Virus record (IMG/VR): IMGVR_UViG_3300006893_000010
Location: 1-54,515 of that record
Source of the DNA: a virus
Lineage: Duplodnaviria > Caudoviricetes
Length of the DNA stretch: 54,515 nt
Strand: one strand, 5' to 3'
In this document: positions 46,009-54,515 of the stretch, one piece after another
Position numbering within the stretch: the stretch's first letter is position 1
How the letters are laid out: the number at the start of each line of letters is the position of its first letter
Program-made: the position numbers and the translations under genes
The notes under the pieces: model-generated
Seen by the model: the letters and a program-made list of their open reading frames with translations, nothing else
Told to the model about the DNA's origin: nothing
Databases searched by the model: none

Positions 46009-46037
46009 ACCATACGCCATAAGCCGCTCACTGTCAA
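46009..46037 (-). promoter_or_regulatory. sigma70-type promoter heading the late operon
   Basis: TTGACA (46037-46032), 17 nt spacer, TATGGT (46014-46009); AT-rich upstream. Confidence 0.75.
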
Positions 46038-46145
46038 CCAGAAAATATTATATATAGGGTCATACGCTCCCGTATTCCTCCTCCCCTCTCCCTTCCCTGG
46101 TCGTGGCTCGGATCGCGGGGACGCTAAGGTTCATTCGAGGTGACG

Positions 46146-46279
46146 GTAACGTTACATTGATACGCGTCGATGTAACGTGGGACGCGTCAGGAGGGACAAG
46201 GGACGCGTGGGCGTACGTACAATGTTGTATGGACGTTACTGTAACGTCGTTACGTGGGAGGATGTAACGTCGTTACGTG
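46146..46279. repeat. cluster of GTAACG/CGTTAC direct and inverted repeats
   Basis: TGTAACGTCGTTACGTG at 46240 and 46263; palindromes GTAACGTTAC (46146) and GACGTTACTGTAACGTC (46232). Confidence 0.8.
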
Positions 46280-46674
46280 AGGTCGAGGTCCGGCGCGGCG
46301 TCGAGTAACGCGATGACCGGCTGACCAAAGGCACGCCCGGCTTCGATATCAGCCTTGATACGCGCGTACCGTGCGCGATGCCCATAGAATGACGCGCGCT
46401 TCTGTCCATGCCAATCAAGCCAGACGTGACCAGGTTTCTGTTCGTACTTCCGCATCTTGTCATCATTATAACGATGTGTTGGGCTAGATTGCTCATGCCA
46501 AGTACGAAGGCCGTGCCAGCGAGCCAGATTGAGGATTAGCTTACGGTGAGACGCGTCCGGCTGCCCGCGTCCGGTCTCCCACTTGATAACAGAACGGATA
46601 GACGCACACACGTGGCGTGCGAATCGCGCTTGGGACCATCCGAGCTGGGCGCGTAGTTCTCTTACTGTTTGCAT
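46273..46674 (-). CDS. XRE-family HTH regulator (repressor candidate)
   Basis: VRELRAQLGWSQARFA...SVIKWETGRGQP. Confidence 0.85.
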   Translation of the reverse strand: MQTVRELRAQLGWSQARFARHVCASIRSVIKWETGRGQPDASHRKLILNLARWHGLRTWHEQSSPTHRYNDDKMRKYEQKPGHVWLDWHGQKRASFYGHRARYARIKADIEAGRAFGQPVIALLDAAPDLDLT

Positions 46675-46766
46675 GGTGCAACGTTGCACCTATCTTCGCT
46701 GTGTTGTCAAGGGATTAGCGGAGAAGTGAAGAATTGTGTTGACAAGTGAGGGAGGTGTGTGAGAAT
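46675..46766. promoter_or_regulatory. divergent promoters with palindromic operator
   Basis: Back-to-back TTGACA (minus 46710-46705; plus 46739-46744); perfect palindrome GGTGCAACGTTGCACC at 46675-46690. Confidence 0.6.
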
Positions 46767-46802
46767 ATTCGAGTGCAGATGGGGAGAATGACCGGGGGGA
46801 AT

Positions 46803-47012
46803 ATGACAGACAAGGAATTAGTTCTACTGAAGGACAAGCGAGACACGAAAGCCCTATCACTTGCCGACGCCCGCGAACAATTGGCCGTCTATTGCAAGTA
46901 CAAAATATGGGCTGGTCGCTATTTCGGGTTAAATGCCCGTGTTCAAGACTTGGCTTGCCGACAGTGGGTCAAGGAAGATGTATTCGGGCATACGTTTACT
47001 AGCGGAGTGTGA
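46803..47012 (+). CDS. early hypothetical protein
   Basis: First ORF after the rightward promoter. Confidence 0.5.
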   Translation: MTDKELVLLKDKRDTKALSLADAREQLAVYCKYKIWAGRYFGLNARVQDLACRQWVKEDVFGHTFTSGV

Positions 47013-47110
47013 TGGACGCCCTGGGGTATGAGCGCCGACAGTGAGACCGGAACCTATTAGCCCGGTCAATCTGTGGGGAGTTCAAATCTGAGACGAATGG
47101 AGACACTAAG

Positions 47111-47323
47111 ATGTCAATGTCAAAGAAGGACTTCGTAGCACTGGCTGACGCTATCAAGGAGCACAATGCGCTACAGGATGGCACTACCAATGCTATCAAG
47201 TTTGGTCCCTTCCACATAAACACGTTAGCTAATTTTTGCCGCTCCCAGAATAGCAGATTCATGCGTGAGCGTTGGCTAGGCTACATCGCTGGTGAGAATG
47301 GTAAGAATGGTGGTACGTTATGA
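47111..47323 (+). CDS. early hypothetical protein
   Basis: GGAG RBS; MSKKDFVALADAI...LA.F..QN.RF..ERWL pattern of small phage proteins. Confidence 0.65.
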   Translation: MSMSKKDFVALADAIKEHNALQDGTTNAIKFGPFHINTLANFCRSQNSRFMRERWLGYIAGENGKNGGTL

Positions 47324-47721
47324 CATTCATGCAAAAGCAAGTCACTCCAAAGGAAGGGGTGGTTACGGAGGATAAAGCAATGCAAGCCAGTAGCAATAAG
47401 CAATTCGAACATGATGCTCAGTACTGGGTCGAGGTACGTCACCAAGACCATTGTGCGTTCTGTAAGGACGCGGTTCGCAACGATTGCGCGAGTGCTCCGA
47501 AAGACGCACCGAAGCGTAGGACGCGGGTCGCACAGTTCATCTATTTTATGGAAGCCATCGACTACGCACAGGCATTACAGAAGGCTGGTATTCAGTGTTG
47601 GCTGCGCAAGCCAGTGTATAAGACGATTGAGAATGGCAATCGTGCGCGGGTGATTGAGTCTGACTACAGCCATTATGGATGGGAGCCACGATTGCAGACT
47701 CCGATTGTGTTTGGACGGTAA
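47320..47721 (+). CDS. early hypothetical protein (alternative start 47380)
   Basis: ATGA-coupled; GGAGG before 47380. Confidence 0.55.
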   Translation: MTFMQKQVTPKEGVVTEDKAMQASSNKQFEHDAQYWVEVRHQDHCAFCKDAVRNDCASAPKDAPKRRTRVAQFIYFMEAIDYAQALQKAGIQCWLRKPVYKTIENGNRARVIESDYSHYGWEPRLQTPIVFGR

Positions 47722-47742
47722 GGCTGGAATCGCGGTGAGCCA

Positions 47743-47967
47743 ATGACACAGCCCATGACCATGACGCACGCAATTGGCTGGAAGCGATTCCAGCGTGCGC
47801 TCCTGAACATCGGACGCGACGCCAAACGCTATCCTCATCTACTTAACTCGCAGCGTCATAGAGATGCCGTAGAGATATTGGGACGCGGAACTGAGGAAGA
47901 ACTGAAATACGAGATGGCTCAATGGCGTATGGATTTCCCAGAGCTATTCAAGGATTCGACAGACTGA
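47743..47967 (+). CDS. early hypothetical protein
   Basis: Operon packing. Confidence 0.5.
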   Translation: MTQPMTMTHAIGWKRFQRALLNIGRDAKRYPHLLNSQRHRDAVEILGRGTEEELKYEMAQWRMDFPELFKDSTD

Positions 47968-47971
47968 CGCT

Positions 47972-48223
47972 ATGACACTTAAACGAGCGCACGTTACGAG
48001 TACACCCCAAAGGCAGTTTCAAGAATATGTGGAAGGCTGCCCGGACTGTGTAAAAGACACGAAACGTTGGCTGGTAATCTACGAAACTGCGATCTCTGAC
48101 CATGTTTCTCGTTATCACACACAACCAGCAGCGAAAGAGTTTTATGACGCGCTAGATAATCATACCGTCCTAAGTCGTACGTTGGCGAAACTGGTCGAGT
48201 ATGAGAATCGACGCAAGGGCTAA
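47972..48223 (+). CDS. early hypothetical protein
   Basis: Operon packing; CPDC. Confidence 0.5.
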   Translation: MTLKRAHVTSTPQRQFQEYVEGCPDCVKDTKRWLVIYETAISDHVSRYHTQPAAKEFYDALDNHTVLSRTLAKLVEYENRRKG

Positions 48224-48268
48224 TAGGCTAGTTCCTGCACCCCATAAAGTTACGAAAGGAATACTCTA

Positions 48269-48991
48269 ATGTGCCGTGCCTTCAGTTGTATCGTCGATCA
48301 AGCCGCGAAAGTGACGTGGAAGCTAGGCGTCGATTCGCACAAAACGTTGCTGGCTGGAACCACCTACAAGGATAATACCGCCGATTCCGCGCTCATGGAA
48401 TTCGCGCGAGTTGAGATCACACCGAACAACGGTAGCTACCTGGAGCCGGATGTCTGGACGCTGAAAGTAGATCAGACCATCACTCCGGTATGGTTCACGG
48501 AGAGGCACAAGGATGCTGCCCGTAAGGCGCACGCGAAATGGTTGGCTAAGCTGGACAAGATACTGATTCGTAAAAAGATCATTCACCCGTTCAATATCGC
48601 GCCACCGGCTGAGATTACCAAGAAGCACATATCTATGCTGAGGCAATGGGCCAGCGTGTGGGACAGCGTGGGGGACAGCGTGTGGGCCAGCGTGTGGGAC
48701 AGCGTGTGGGCCAGCGTGGGGGACAGCGTGTGGGCCAGCGTGGGGGACAGCGTGGGGGCCAGCGTGCGGGCCAGCGTGGGGGACAGCGTGTGGGCCTATA
48801 CCGGATCGTTCTTCAGTATCCCCCAGTGGAAATACATTAAGCATCCCAAGGGACGCTATCCGTATGGCCCCTGCGTCTCGTTATGGAAACTCGGTTTAGT
48901 GTCGAGCTTCGATGGTAAGACGTGGAGACTCCACGGAGGACCGAAGGCCGCTATCCTGTTCGAGATCACGGCTGAGGAGCTACGCAAATGA
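48269..48991 (+). CDS. hypothetical protein with (W/G)(A/D)SV tetrapeptide repeats
   Basis: AAGGA RBS; WASVWDSVGDSV... tract. Confidence 0.75.
   Translation: MCRAFSCIVDQAAKVTWKLGVDSHKTLLAGTTYKDNTADSALMEFARVEITPNNGSYLEPDVWTLKVDQTITPVWFTERHKDAARKAHAKWLAKLDKILIRKKIIHPFNIAPPAEITKKHISMLRQWASVWDSVGDSVWASVWDSVWASVGDSVWASVGDSVGASVRASVGDSVWAYTGSFFSIPQWKYIKHPKGRYPYGPCVSLWKLGLVSSFDGKTWRLHGGPKAAILFEITAEELRK
48648..48796 (+). repeat. coding 12-bp tandem repeat, about 12 copies
   Basis: Units TGGGCCAGCGTG / GGGGACAGCGTG. Confidence 0.9.
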
Positions 48992-49356
48992 AAATCAACG
49001 ATGTGGGAAAACTTACTTGTGTTTTGCATCGGTCGGAAGTCGAGCGTCTATTGTCTTGGCTACGTTGTTATCCAGTTGTGGGTCGCGAGAATGAACGCAA
49101 GTCACTAGAAGCTCTCTTACACATGTCCCTATCCCTAAGCGAGCGTGGGGTCAAGGAAATTAAAGCGGATGGCTCTCTCGTTACGATGTCTCTCCAAGAA
49201 ACATGCGAGTTTCGTGAATCTACGCAAGGTAACAAAGGGTTGGGAACGTGTCAAGCGTTTGCTCACAAACATGCTCTACATACCAAGAACACATTCTGTG
49301 AGAACTGGCAGAAGTCTTCGTTCTTAAAGCCTAACGAGGAGGAGCCACTAAAATGA
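48988..49356 (+). CDS. hypothetical protein
   Basis: ATGA-coupled. Confidence 0.5.
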   Translation: MKINDVGKLTCVLHRSEVERLLSWLRCYPVVGRENERKSLEALLHMSLSLSERGVKEIKADGSLVTMSLQETCEFRESTQGNKGLGTCQAFAHKHALHTKNTFCENWQKSSFLKPNEEEPLK

Positions 49357-49478
49357 GAAGGGAATCGTCTGTTGTGGCATGGACCTTCTACGACTACGCC
49401 ATCGCGGTCGCTATCGCCGGGCTAGGATGGGGAGCGCTAGCGGGGGTGGTGTGGTGTGTATGGGAGTGGACGCACTGA
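49353..49478 (+). CDS. 41-aa single-TM peptide (not in the ORF track)
   Basis: GAGGAGGAG RBS; YAIAVAIAGLGWGALAGVVWCVW. Confidence 0.55.
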   Translation: MRRESSVVAWTFYDYAIAVAIAGLGWGALAGVVWCVWEWTH

Positions 49479-49495
49479 GAGACGCTGAGAGACGG

Positions 49496-50596
49496 TCACA
49501 TAATCTTGTCCGAGGGTGATACCACACGATCACCCTCGCCTTCGAGCAGCTTGAGCAGCTTGCGATTCTGCTCCCATATCTCATCCAGTCGGCCCCGCAG
49601 CTCCAAGGCGGTCATGGGACGGTCCAGTCCAAGGTCGTCCAGCGTCATCGCAGGATCGAGCACGTGTTGCACTTGGGATTTTACTTTGACCATAATGCTT
49701 AGTCGCTCCTCTTCGGTAAGAACTCGGTTCGTCATGTTAGACGCATTGAGCGGGAGACTGGATGCAATACGCGCGATTACCTGCTCAGCTTCCTCTAAGC
49801 GGGTCCAGAATCCTATACGGGTAGAATTGCCCATGGTGGTGTGCAACTTGTCAAGATGTTCCTCTCGGTCGCTCATTCGAACGCCTCGCAGAGCACCGAT
49901 GGCTTCGAACTGTCGGCTGCGGTGTGTCATCCACTCTACGATCTGCTCTGGATGACAGTTTGTAATCTGTGCTGTAGACCACCACTCTAGGTATAACTGC
50001 CATGCTGTCCCCAACTTACCGTGCATGGGGTAGACGTCTATGCCCATCTTGCGCAGCCGATCCTCGTCCAAATCGGCCTCGGGGGACGCAAAAACTAAAC
50101 TATTGAAAACAAAGGCTGCGGATGGTTTACGGCTATTACTATATACAATAGCCGTAAACCATCCGCAAACTGACTCTCCTGCCCACTCTCCGGTCATGGC
50201 AGGAATGCACCCGCGATCTTTGCGCCCCAGGATGCGAGACAACTGGTAGCCGCTTAGTCTACGGGGTAGAAGGCCTGCCAGTAGCCATACTCTGGACCGC
50301 TCACCATCCTTGCCTCCACCTAGCTTTCTGGCCGCGCGCAGGATGCTAGGGAAGTCTTTGCGCCGCGCCGCCACTACGTTGATCGGATCCATGCACTTCG
50401 GACACTTGTATCGCAAGGCGCAGCGGATTTGTGATGTCTCGGGGGACATGGTGCGAGAGTAAAGGCGAGCTATGTAATGCGGGACGTGGTGCAGGCAATC
50501 GCGGAACTGCGAGTGTTTGCGCGCTAATTTGTCGTTTTGGGCGAGGATTGCAAGGACTAGTTTTTGCTTATTTAGGGGCGTGATTCCATCTGACAT
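49496..50596 (-). CDS. hypothetical protein with Rep/IS91-like Zn motif
   Basis: RDC...RCALRYKCPKC; opposite orientation to its flanks. Confidence 0.5.
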   Translation of the reverse strand: MSDGITPLNKQKLVLAILAQNDKLARKHSQFRDCLHHVPHYIARLYSRTMSPETSQIRCALRYKCPKCMDPINVVAARRKDFPSILRAARKLGGGKDGERSRVWLLAGLLPRRLSGYQLSRILGRKDRGCIPAMTGEWAGESVCGWFTAIVYSNSRKPSAAFVFNSLVFASPEADLDEDRLRKMGIDVYPMHGKLGTAWQLYLEWWSTAQITNCHPEQIVEWMTHRSRQFEAIGALRGVRMSDREEHLDKLHTTMGNSTRIGFWTRLEEAEQVIARIASSLPLNASNMTNRVLTEEERLSIMVKVKSQVQHVLDPAMTLDDLGLDRPMTALELRGRLDEIWEQNRKLLKLLEGEGDRVVSPSDKIM

Positions 50597-50721
50597 TTGG
50601 CTCCGGGAACCTAATAGGGGGCTAGGTTCCCGGCCCAACCCCCTTGGATAGTACCTAGCGGCACAGGGACGCTGCCGCGTCCTTGGGGATAAACATCCCA
50701 TATCCACACTCAAAATGTCAA

Positions 50722-51039
50722 TTATTTTCGACGACTTCGTTTCCTCGCGTTACTCGGCCCCTTGATCCATACGAGGGAATAGGCCGGATTGCGTCGATCC
50801 GGCAGCGCCTGGATGTGAATCCCGAGGCCCTTCCACGTGGCGGCGGAGCGGAGTGACCGCCGCTCGGCCTTCGACAGCGCCGACCGGGTGCGATACGCCT
50901 TCATCGGCGATCCTTTGAGGAGTTCGATGATCTCGGCCCATCTCCCCCAGGAGCGGGATTCCAGCGATGGAATAGGCACGAGGTCCGGGGATTCGACAAC
51001 GGGAGGGGTAGCGATTGGTGTCGTATGTCGAGTGCTCAT
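50722..51039 (-). CDS. small basic putative DNA-binding protein
   Basis: VPIPS...GRWAEII..LK pattern; own promoter. Confidence 0.5.
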   Translation of the reverse strand: MSTRHTTPIATPPVVESPDLVPIPSLESRSWGRWAEIIELLKGSPMKAYRTRSALSKAERRSLRSAATWKGLGIHIQALPDRRNPAYSLVWIKGPSNARKRSRRK

Positions 51040-51046
51040 GGTCGAT

Positions 51047-51129
51047 ACACTAGCATAATACCAACTAGTAGTCAAATGGAAATATTAGTAAAGATTTCGC
51101 TTGACAGGTATGAGTGAGGGTGCTATACC
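51047..51129. promoter_or_regulatory. second pair of divergent promoters
   Basis: Minus: TTGACT-17-TAGTGT with TG extension; plus: TTGACA (51101)-17-TATACC with TG extension. Confidence 0.65.
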
Positions 51130-51161
51130 AGAATCCTACATGCATGGAGGAGGGTAGCAAA

Positions 51162-51584
51162 ATGGCAAAGAAGAACGCAGTCAGCGTGGAAGCCGCTGGG
51201 TGGTTGCGAAAGGCGGTCAAACACATCCTCGCGGAACCTCGAAGGTATGACCAAGACAGGACTCTGATGAAGGTAGAACCAGGGAAGCAATTTTATTATA
51301 CCACCATCGGCGCTTATAAGGCTCCCGCATGTGGCACAGTGGGATGCTTGGCTGGTTGGGTCACTGCATTATCACTTCCACTCGATGAATCTATGAGAGT
51401 CGAGCCTGTTTCATATGCGTCCGATAAACTAGGATTGAATCCCTACCAAAGAGATACTTTGTTTGGTGTCGTTGAGCGCTGGCCGACTAAGTATTCAGAC
51501 CAGTACTGCGCAGCCAAAACTCCAAAACAAGTGGCCCGCGTCGCCGCACGGCGCGTAGAACACTTCATCAAGACAGGCGAGTAG
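51162..51584 (+). CDS. hypothetical protein
   Basis: GGAGGAGG RBS; CGTVGCLAGW motif common in phage proteins. Confidence 0.7.
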   Translation: MAKKNAVSVEAAGWLRKAVKHILAEPRRYDQDRTLMKVEPGKQFYYTTIGAYKAPACGTVGCLAGWVTALSLPLDESMRVEPVSYASDKLGLNPYQRDTLFGVVERWPTKYSDQYCAAKTPKQVARVAARRVEHFIKTGE

Positions 51585-51631
51585 GGACTACAGCTCCGGT
51601 ATCCAACTTCTAGAAAGGAAGTCAGCCTGAC

Positions 51632-51820
51632 ATGTCCAACTCTGGCCCCACTCAAACGTTACTCTCATCCTCGCTCCCTCGACCATCGCCGAGCCTCAGC
51701 CCTCTAGTGTTGTCGTTGGCCGAGCAGGCATCGACGGAGCAGGATCCACGTAAACTCATAGCGCTCGTGCGACGCCTGTGCGCCGCTATCGACGATTCAC
51801 GTCTGGGAGGACGACAATGA
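51632..51820 (+). CDS. hypothetical protein
   Basis: LAEQASTEQDPRKLIALV..L helical hairpin. Confidence 0.55.
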   Translation: MSNSGPTQTLLSSSLPRPSPSLSPLVLSLAEQASTEQDPRKLIALVRRLCAAIDDSRLGGRQ

Positions 51821-52023
51821 CGCGAATGGAACTGGCTCGTAGCACTGGGATAGGGTTTATGTTCTCAGTGGGATGGACAGCACTCACATACCATTGGCTT
51901 CATCGTTGGGGTTGGGGTGGACGCCCACTCCTCACTTCAGCATCATTTATGCTGGGTTGGACCGGCTACGATCTCGTAAAACTATATCTCCGTGGGGGAT
52001 TCACACGAAAGGACAAGCCATGA
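51817..52023 (+). CDS. small membrane protein
   Basis: Two hydrophobic segments; GGAGG RBS. Confidence 0.55.
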   Translation: MTRMELARSTGIGFMFSVGWTALTYHWLHRWGWGGRPLLTSASFMLGWTGYDLVKLYLRGGFTRKDKP

Positions 52024-52352
52024 AACGATTCCTTGTGATCGAATGTGACACGGCCTACTTGACCGTATTAGTGCATGAAGTGACGCAGGAGTTCACTGCG
52101 GACGACGATCCTGGCAGAGGCGTAGCGTATCATCGTGGCCCTAGTGAGTCCTCGCTGATCTGCGACGGCCTCGGCTCGAAGTTCTACGGCAAGCTGGACG
52201 CGTTGCTGGTGACGCGGGATAGGATCGAGGACGCCATGCCGATAGAGCCTGAGCCACCTGCGCCCAAGGTCCACCCTGAGCCGGAGGATATCTTGGAGAC
52301 TCCTGCACATGTCGCCGACTTCCTCGCCGCGCCGATCACGGAGGGGCCATGA
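52020..52352 (+). CDS. hypothetical protein
   Basis: ATGA-coupled start at 52020. Confidence 0.55.
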   Translation: MKRFLVIECDTAYLTVLVHEVTQEFTADDDPGRGVAYHRGPSESSLICDGLGSKFYGKLDALLVTRDRIEDAMPIEPEPPAPKVHPEPEDILETPAHVADFLAAPITEGP

Positions 52353-52407
52353 TCGCCCACCTAGTCGCGGCGCTGATCGAACTGCTGGTGGGACGGAGGA
52401 GACGGTG

Positions 52408-54087
52408 ATGACGAAGGTAATCTACACGGATCGTTCTAGGACTGAGAGCCACCAGAGGTGCGCGAGGCTGAGGTTCTTGGAGTATCACCAAAACGGGATT
52501 GGCATTCAGCCGATGAATAAGCCTCTCCCTCTCGTCGTCGGAGGCTCTGTCCACGTCGGACTCGAACATCTCCTGCTAGGCCGGACGGAGGACCAAGCCG
52601 TCGCCGCGGCCCTCTCAGACTTCTCCCTTCACCGTTCCGCCCTTGCCCTCGACACCACCGAGACCGCAGCGATGGCCGTCACTCCTATCGACGGCTTCGA
52701 CGTTCAGATGGCGGCGCAGGCGCGGGAGCTGGGCATGGACCCCGGCGATCCTCAGTTGACCGAGTTGTTCCAGCGGCAACGGAATGCGGCGGCGGAGTTC
52801 GATGGGTGGCTGTTCAACGAACAGGCTAGCTTGGTGGAGGCGCTCGTCAGAGCCTACAGTAGGCGTAGGCTGCGTCCGTTGCTGGAAGAGTTCGAGGTGT
52901 TGGAGGTGGAGAGGGAGGGGGATTGGTCGCTCGCAAGTGTGGCGCTTGAGACTCCTAAGTGGGTGTGTGTGGACTGTGGTAAGTATGTTGATAAGGGCAA
53001 CGAATACGGGAAGTCTCCCTGCTGTATAGCTGAATTAGCAGAGTACGAGAGTGCCGAAATCCGCTTCATGTCCCGCCCCGACGCCCTCCTGCGATCCCGC
53101 GCCGACAACTCCCTCTACATCCTCTCCTACAAGACAGCCGCGACGTGGGACATCCGCAAAGCTAGAGACGCCGAGCACGACATGCAGGGACTCTCAGAGG
53201 GAGTAGAGGTAGAGCGGCGGCTGGGGGAGTGGTGGCAACAGATACAGGCGGTAAAGGCGTTAGGTAGGGATGGAGACTTAGCTAAAACGGACGACATTCC
53301 AAAGGCTACATGGGCTTACCTCCGCGATCTCTCCGCCCCTCCTCGCATCCTCGGTATCCGCTACGAATACCTCCTCAAAGGCTACCGCAGTGAAGACAAG
53401 GATCTCTCCGCGCGGTTCGGCATCAAGGTGTGGGCGCAGAAGTCCCATCTTATACGGAAGTACGTCGCTACCAGCGTCCCTAGCCGCGGCGCGTCAGCGT
53501 ATAGCGTGGGAGATGAGTGTTGGTCTTACGACTGGATCAAGGACGACGGCTCCACCTCGAAACTGGCGTGGCAAAATTGGAAAAGTCGCCCAGTGTGGGA
53601 GGACGGCACCGTCAAGGCGTGGATCGACGCCCTGGACGACACGCAGATGGCGATGTCGGCCTACGACTCTACGACCGGAGCCGAGCCGCGGGAGATGGGG
53701 TATAAGGGAGCGGCGCAGGCGCTAGGCTATACCGCGACACATCCGCTGGACGAGGTGTTTCCAGCGCCGATGATCGTCTACCGGAGCGATGATCAACTCC
53801 GGGACTGGATTGAGCAGGTGGAGGCGCAGGAGACGCGGGTTGTGGAGGCGGTAGCGCGGGTCGAGGCGGCTACGGATGAGGGCGAGAAGCGTCACCTGCT
53901 AAATGTGTTAATGCCGATGTCGAGGCGAGCATGCTCCTACCCCACCGAGTGCGCGTTTACAAAGCTATGCTACGGCGGGGATGATGTCAGGAGATCGCCG
54001 CTGGAGTCAGGGCTGTACCGTGCCAGAGAGCCTCATCACACGCCGGAGAGAAGGTCGCATTCCGCCAAGCAGAAACGGACTACATGA
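52408..54087 (+). CDS. PD-(D/E)XK / Cas4-like recombination exonuclease
   Basis: N-terminal C.R...Y, GGSVH..LE, RPDAL...SYKT, C-terminal CSYPTECAFTKLC (1+3 Cys Fe-S pattern); GGAGGAG RBS. Confidence 0.75.
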   Translation: MTKVIYTDRSRTESHQRCARLRFLEYHQNGIGIQPMNKPLPLVVGGSVHVGLEHLLLGRTEDQAVAAALSDFSLHRSALALDTTETAAMAVTPIDGFDVQMAAQARELGMDPGDPQLTELFQRQRNAAAEFDGWLFNEQASLVEALVRAYSRRRLRPLLEEFEVLEVEREGDWSLASVALETPKWVCVDCGKYVDKGNEYGKSPCCIAELAEYESAEIRFMSRPDALLRSRADNSLYILSYKTAATWDIRKARDAEHDMQGLSEGVEVERRLGEWWQQIQAVKALGRDGDLAKTDDIPKATWAYLRDLSAPPRILGIRYEYLLKGYRSEDKDLSARFGIKVWAQKSHLIRKYVATSVPSRGASAYSVGDECWSYDWIKDDGSTSKLAWQNWKSRPVWEDGTVKAWIDALDDTQMAMSAYDSTTGAEPREMGYKGAAQALGYTATHPLDEVFPAPMIVYRSDDQLRDWIEQVEAQETRVVEAVARVEAATDEGEKRHLLNVLMPMSRRACSYPTECAFTKLCYGGDDVRRSPLESGLYRAREPHHTPERRSHSAKQKRTT

Positions 54088-54419
54088 ATAGGTTAAAGGC
54101 TCCTAATTGCAAACGCTGTGGACATGTAGCCTCGCTACACGTCGGCGCAACGGGCTGCAATGGGCACGCAAGCACAGGAAGCCTACCCCAAAAGGGAACA
54201 AGTGAATACTGCTCATGCGAGGGCTACTTAGGCGCTGCGGCATCGCCACAGGACGATCTACATCGACGCCTAATCCACGATATAACTGTCATCGCCAACA
54301 TCTGTGAAAATTCCAACCCGACATATAAGACACGAATCGCGCAAATAAAAGCAATCACTGACAAGTTAAAAGCGGATTTGACGGCGAATCGTTGGAAGAT
54401 GCCTTCTCACAGTGGCTGA
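54084..54419 (+). CDS. Cys/His-rich hypothetical protein
   Basis: CKRCGH...H...C...CSC; ATGA-coupled. Confidence 0.55.
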   Translation: MNRLKAPNCKRCGHVASLHVGATGCNGHASTGSLPQKGTSEYCSCEGYLGAAASPQDDLHRRLIHDITVIANICENSNPTYKTRIAQIKAITDKLKADLTANRWKMPSHSG

Positions 54420-54515
54420 TGAACCGTCTGAACTCGGGGAACTCGAACTACACTCCGTACCAGGGGGGGGGGGGGGGGGGGAGGGTGGGGGGCAAAAAAA
54501 AAAAATTAAAATAAT

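Noticed and set aside
47030-47095. tRNA-like GTTCAAATC
   Set aside because: No T-stem or acceptor stem pairing around it; no cloverleaf
48648-48796. Possible CRISPR array or DGR repeat
   Set aside because: Contiguous 12-bp coding units with no spacers; no cas operon or reverse transcriptase in the window
52408-54087. Cas4 as part of a CRISPR system
   Set aside because: Solo nuclease in the recombination module, the usual partner of Sak4-like and SSB genes

Overview
The window looks like a near-complete (probably circular, about 54.4 kb) tailed dsDNA phage genome with short-tail (podovirus-like) gene organisation. Plus-strand replication arm (about 191-8011, continuing from about 51100-54419): RHH regulator, Sak4-like AAA ATPase, SSB-like protein, Pif1/RecD-like helicase, LAGLIDADG endonuclease, UDG-fused family A DNA polymerase and a Cas4-like exonuclease. 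One long minus-strand late operon (about 46000 to 8050): small genes, three glycosyltransferases (one fused to a methyltransferase), terminase, portal, scaffold, major capsid protein, a second LAGLIDADG, adaptor/nozzle, ejection proteins, fibre-like proteins and a lysis cassette with three cysteine-type enzymes. An XRE repressor, divergent promoters and a Rep-like gene lie at 46.2-51.1 kb. I saw no integrase, primase, tRNA or CRISPR array. Most unusual: (1) five fibre/adhesin-like genes in the virion module all begin with Sec-type signal peptides ending A-Q or G-Q, and four are Cys-rich, suggesting periplasmically folded virion appendages; (2) the PolA keeps its catalytic Asp residues but has most nascent-base-pair pocket residues replaced, in a genome with no visible primase; (3) four unannotated basic micro-peptides with Shine-Dalgarno sites in the head module; (4) a 170-nt rod-like RNA at the start of the late transcript. 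All family assignments come from motif recognition by eye, not database searches.
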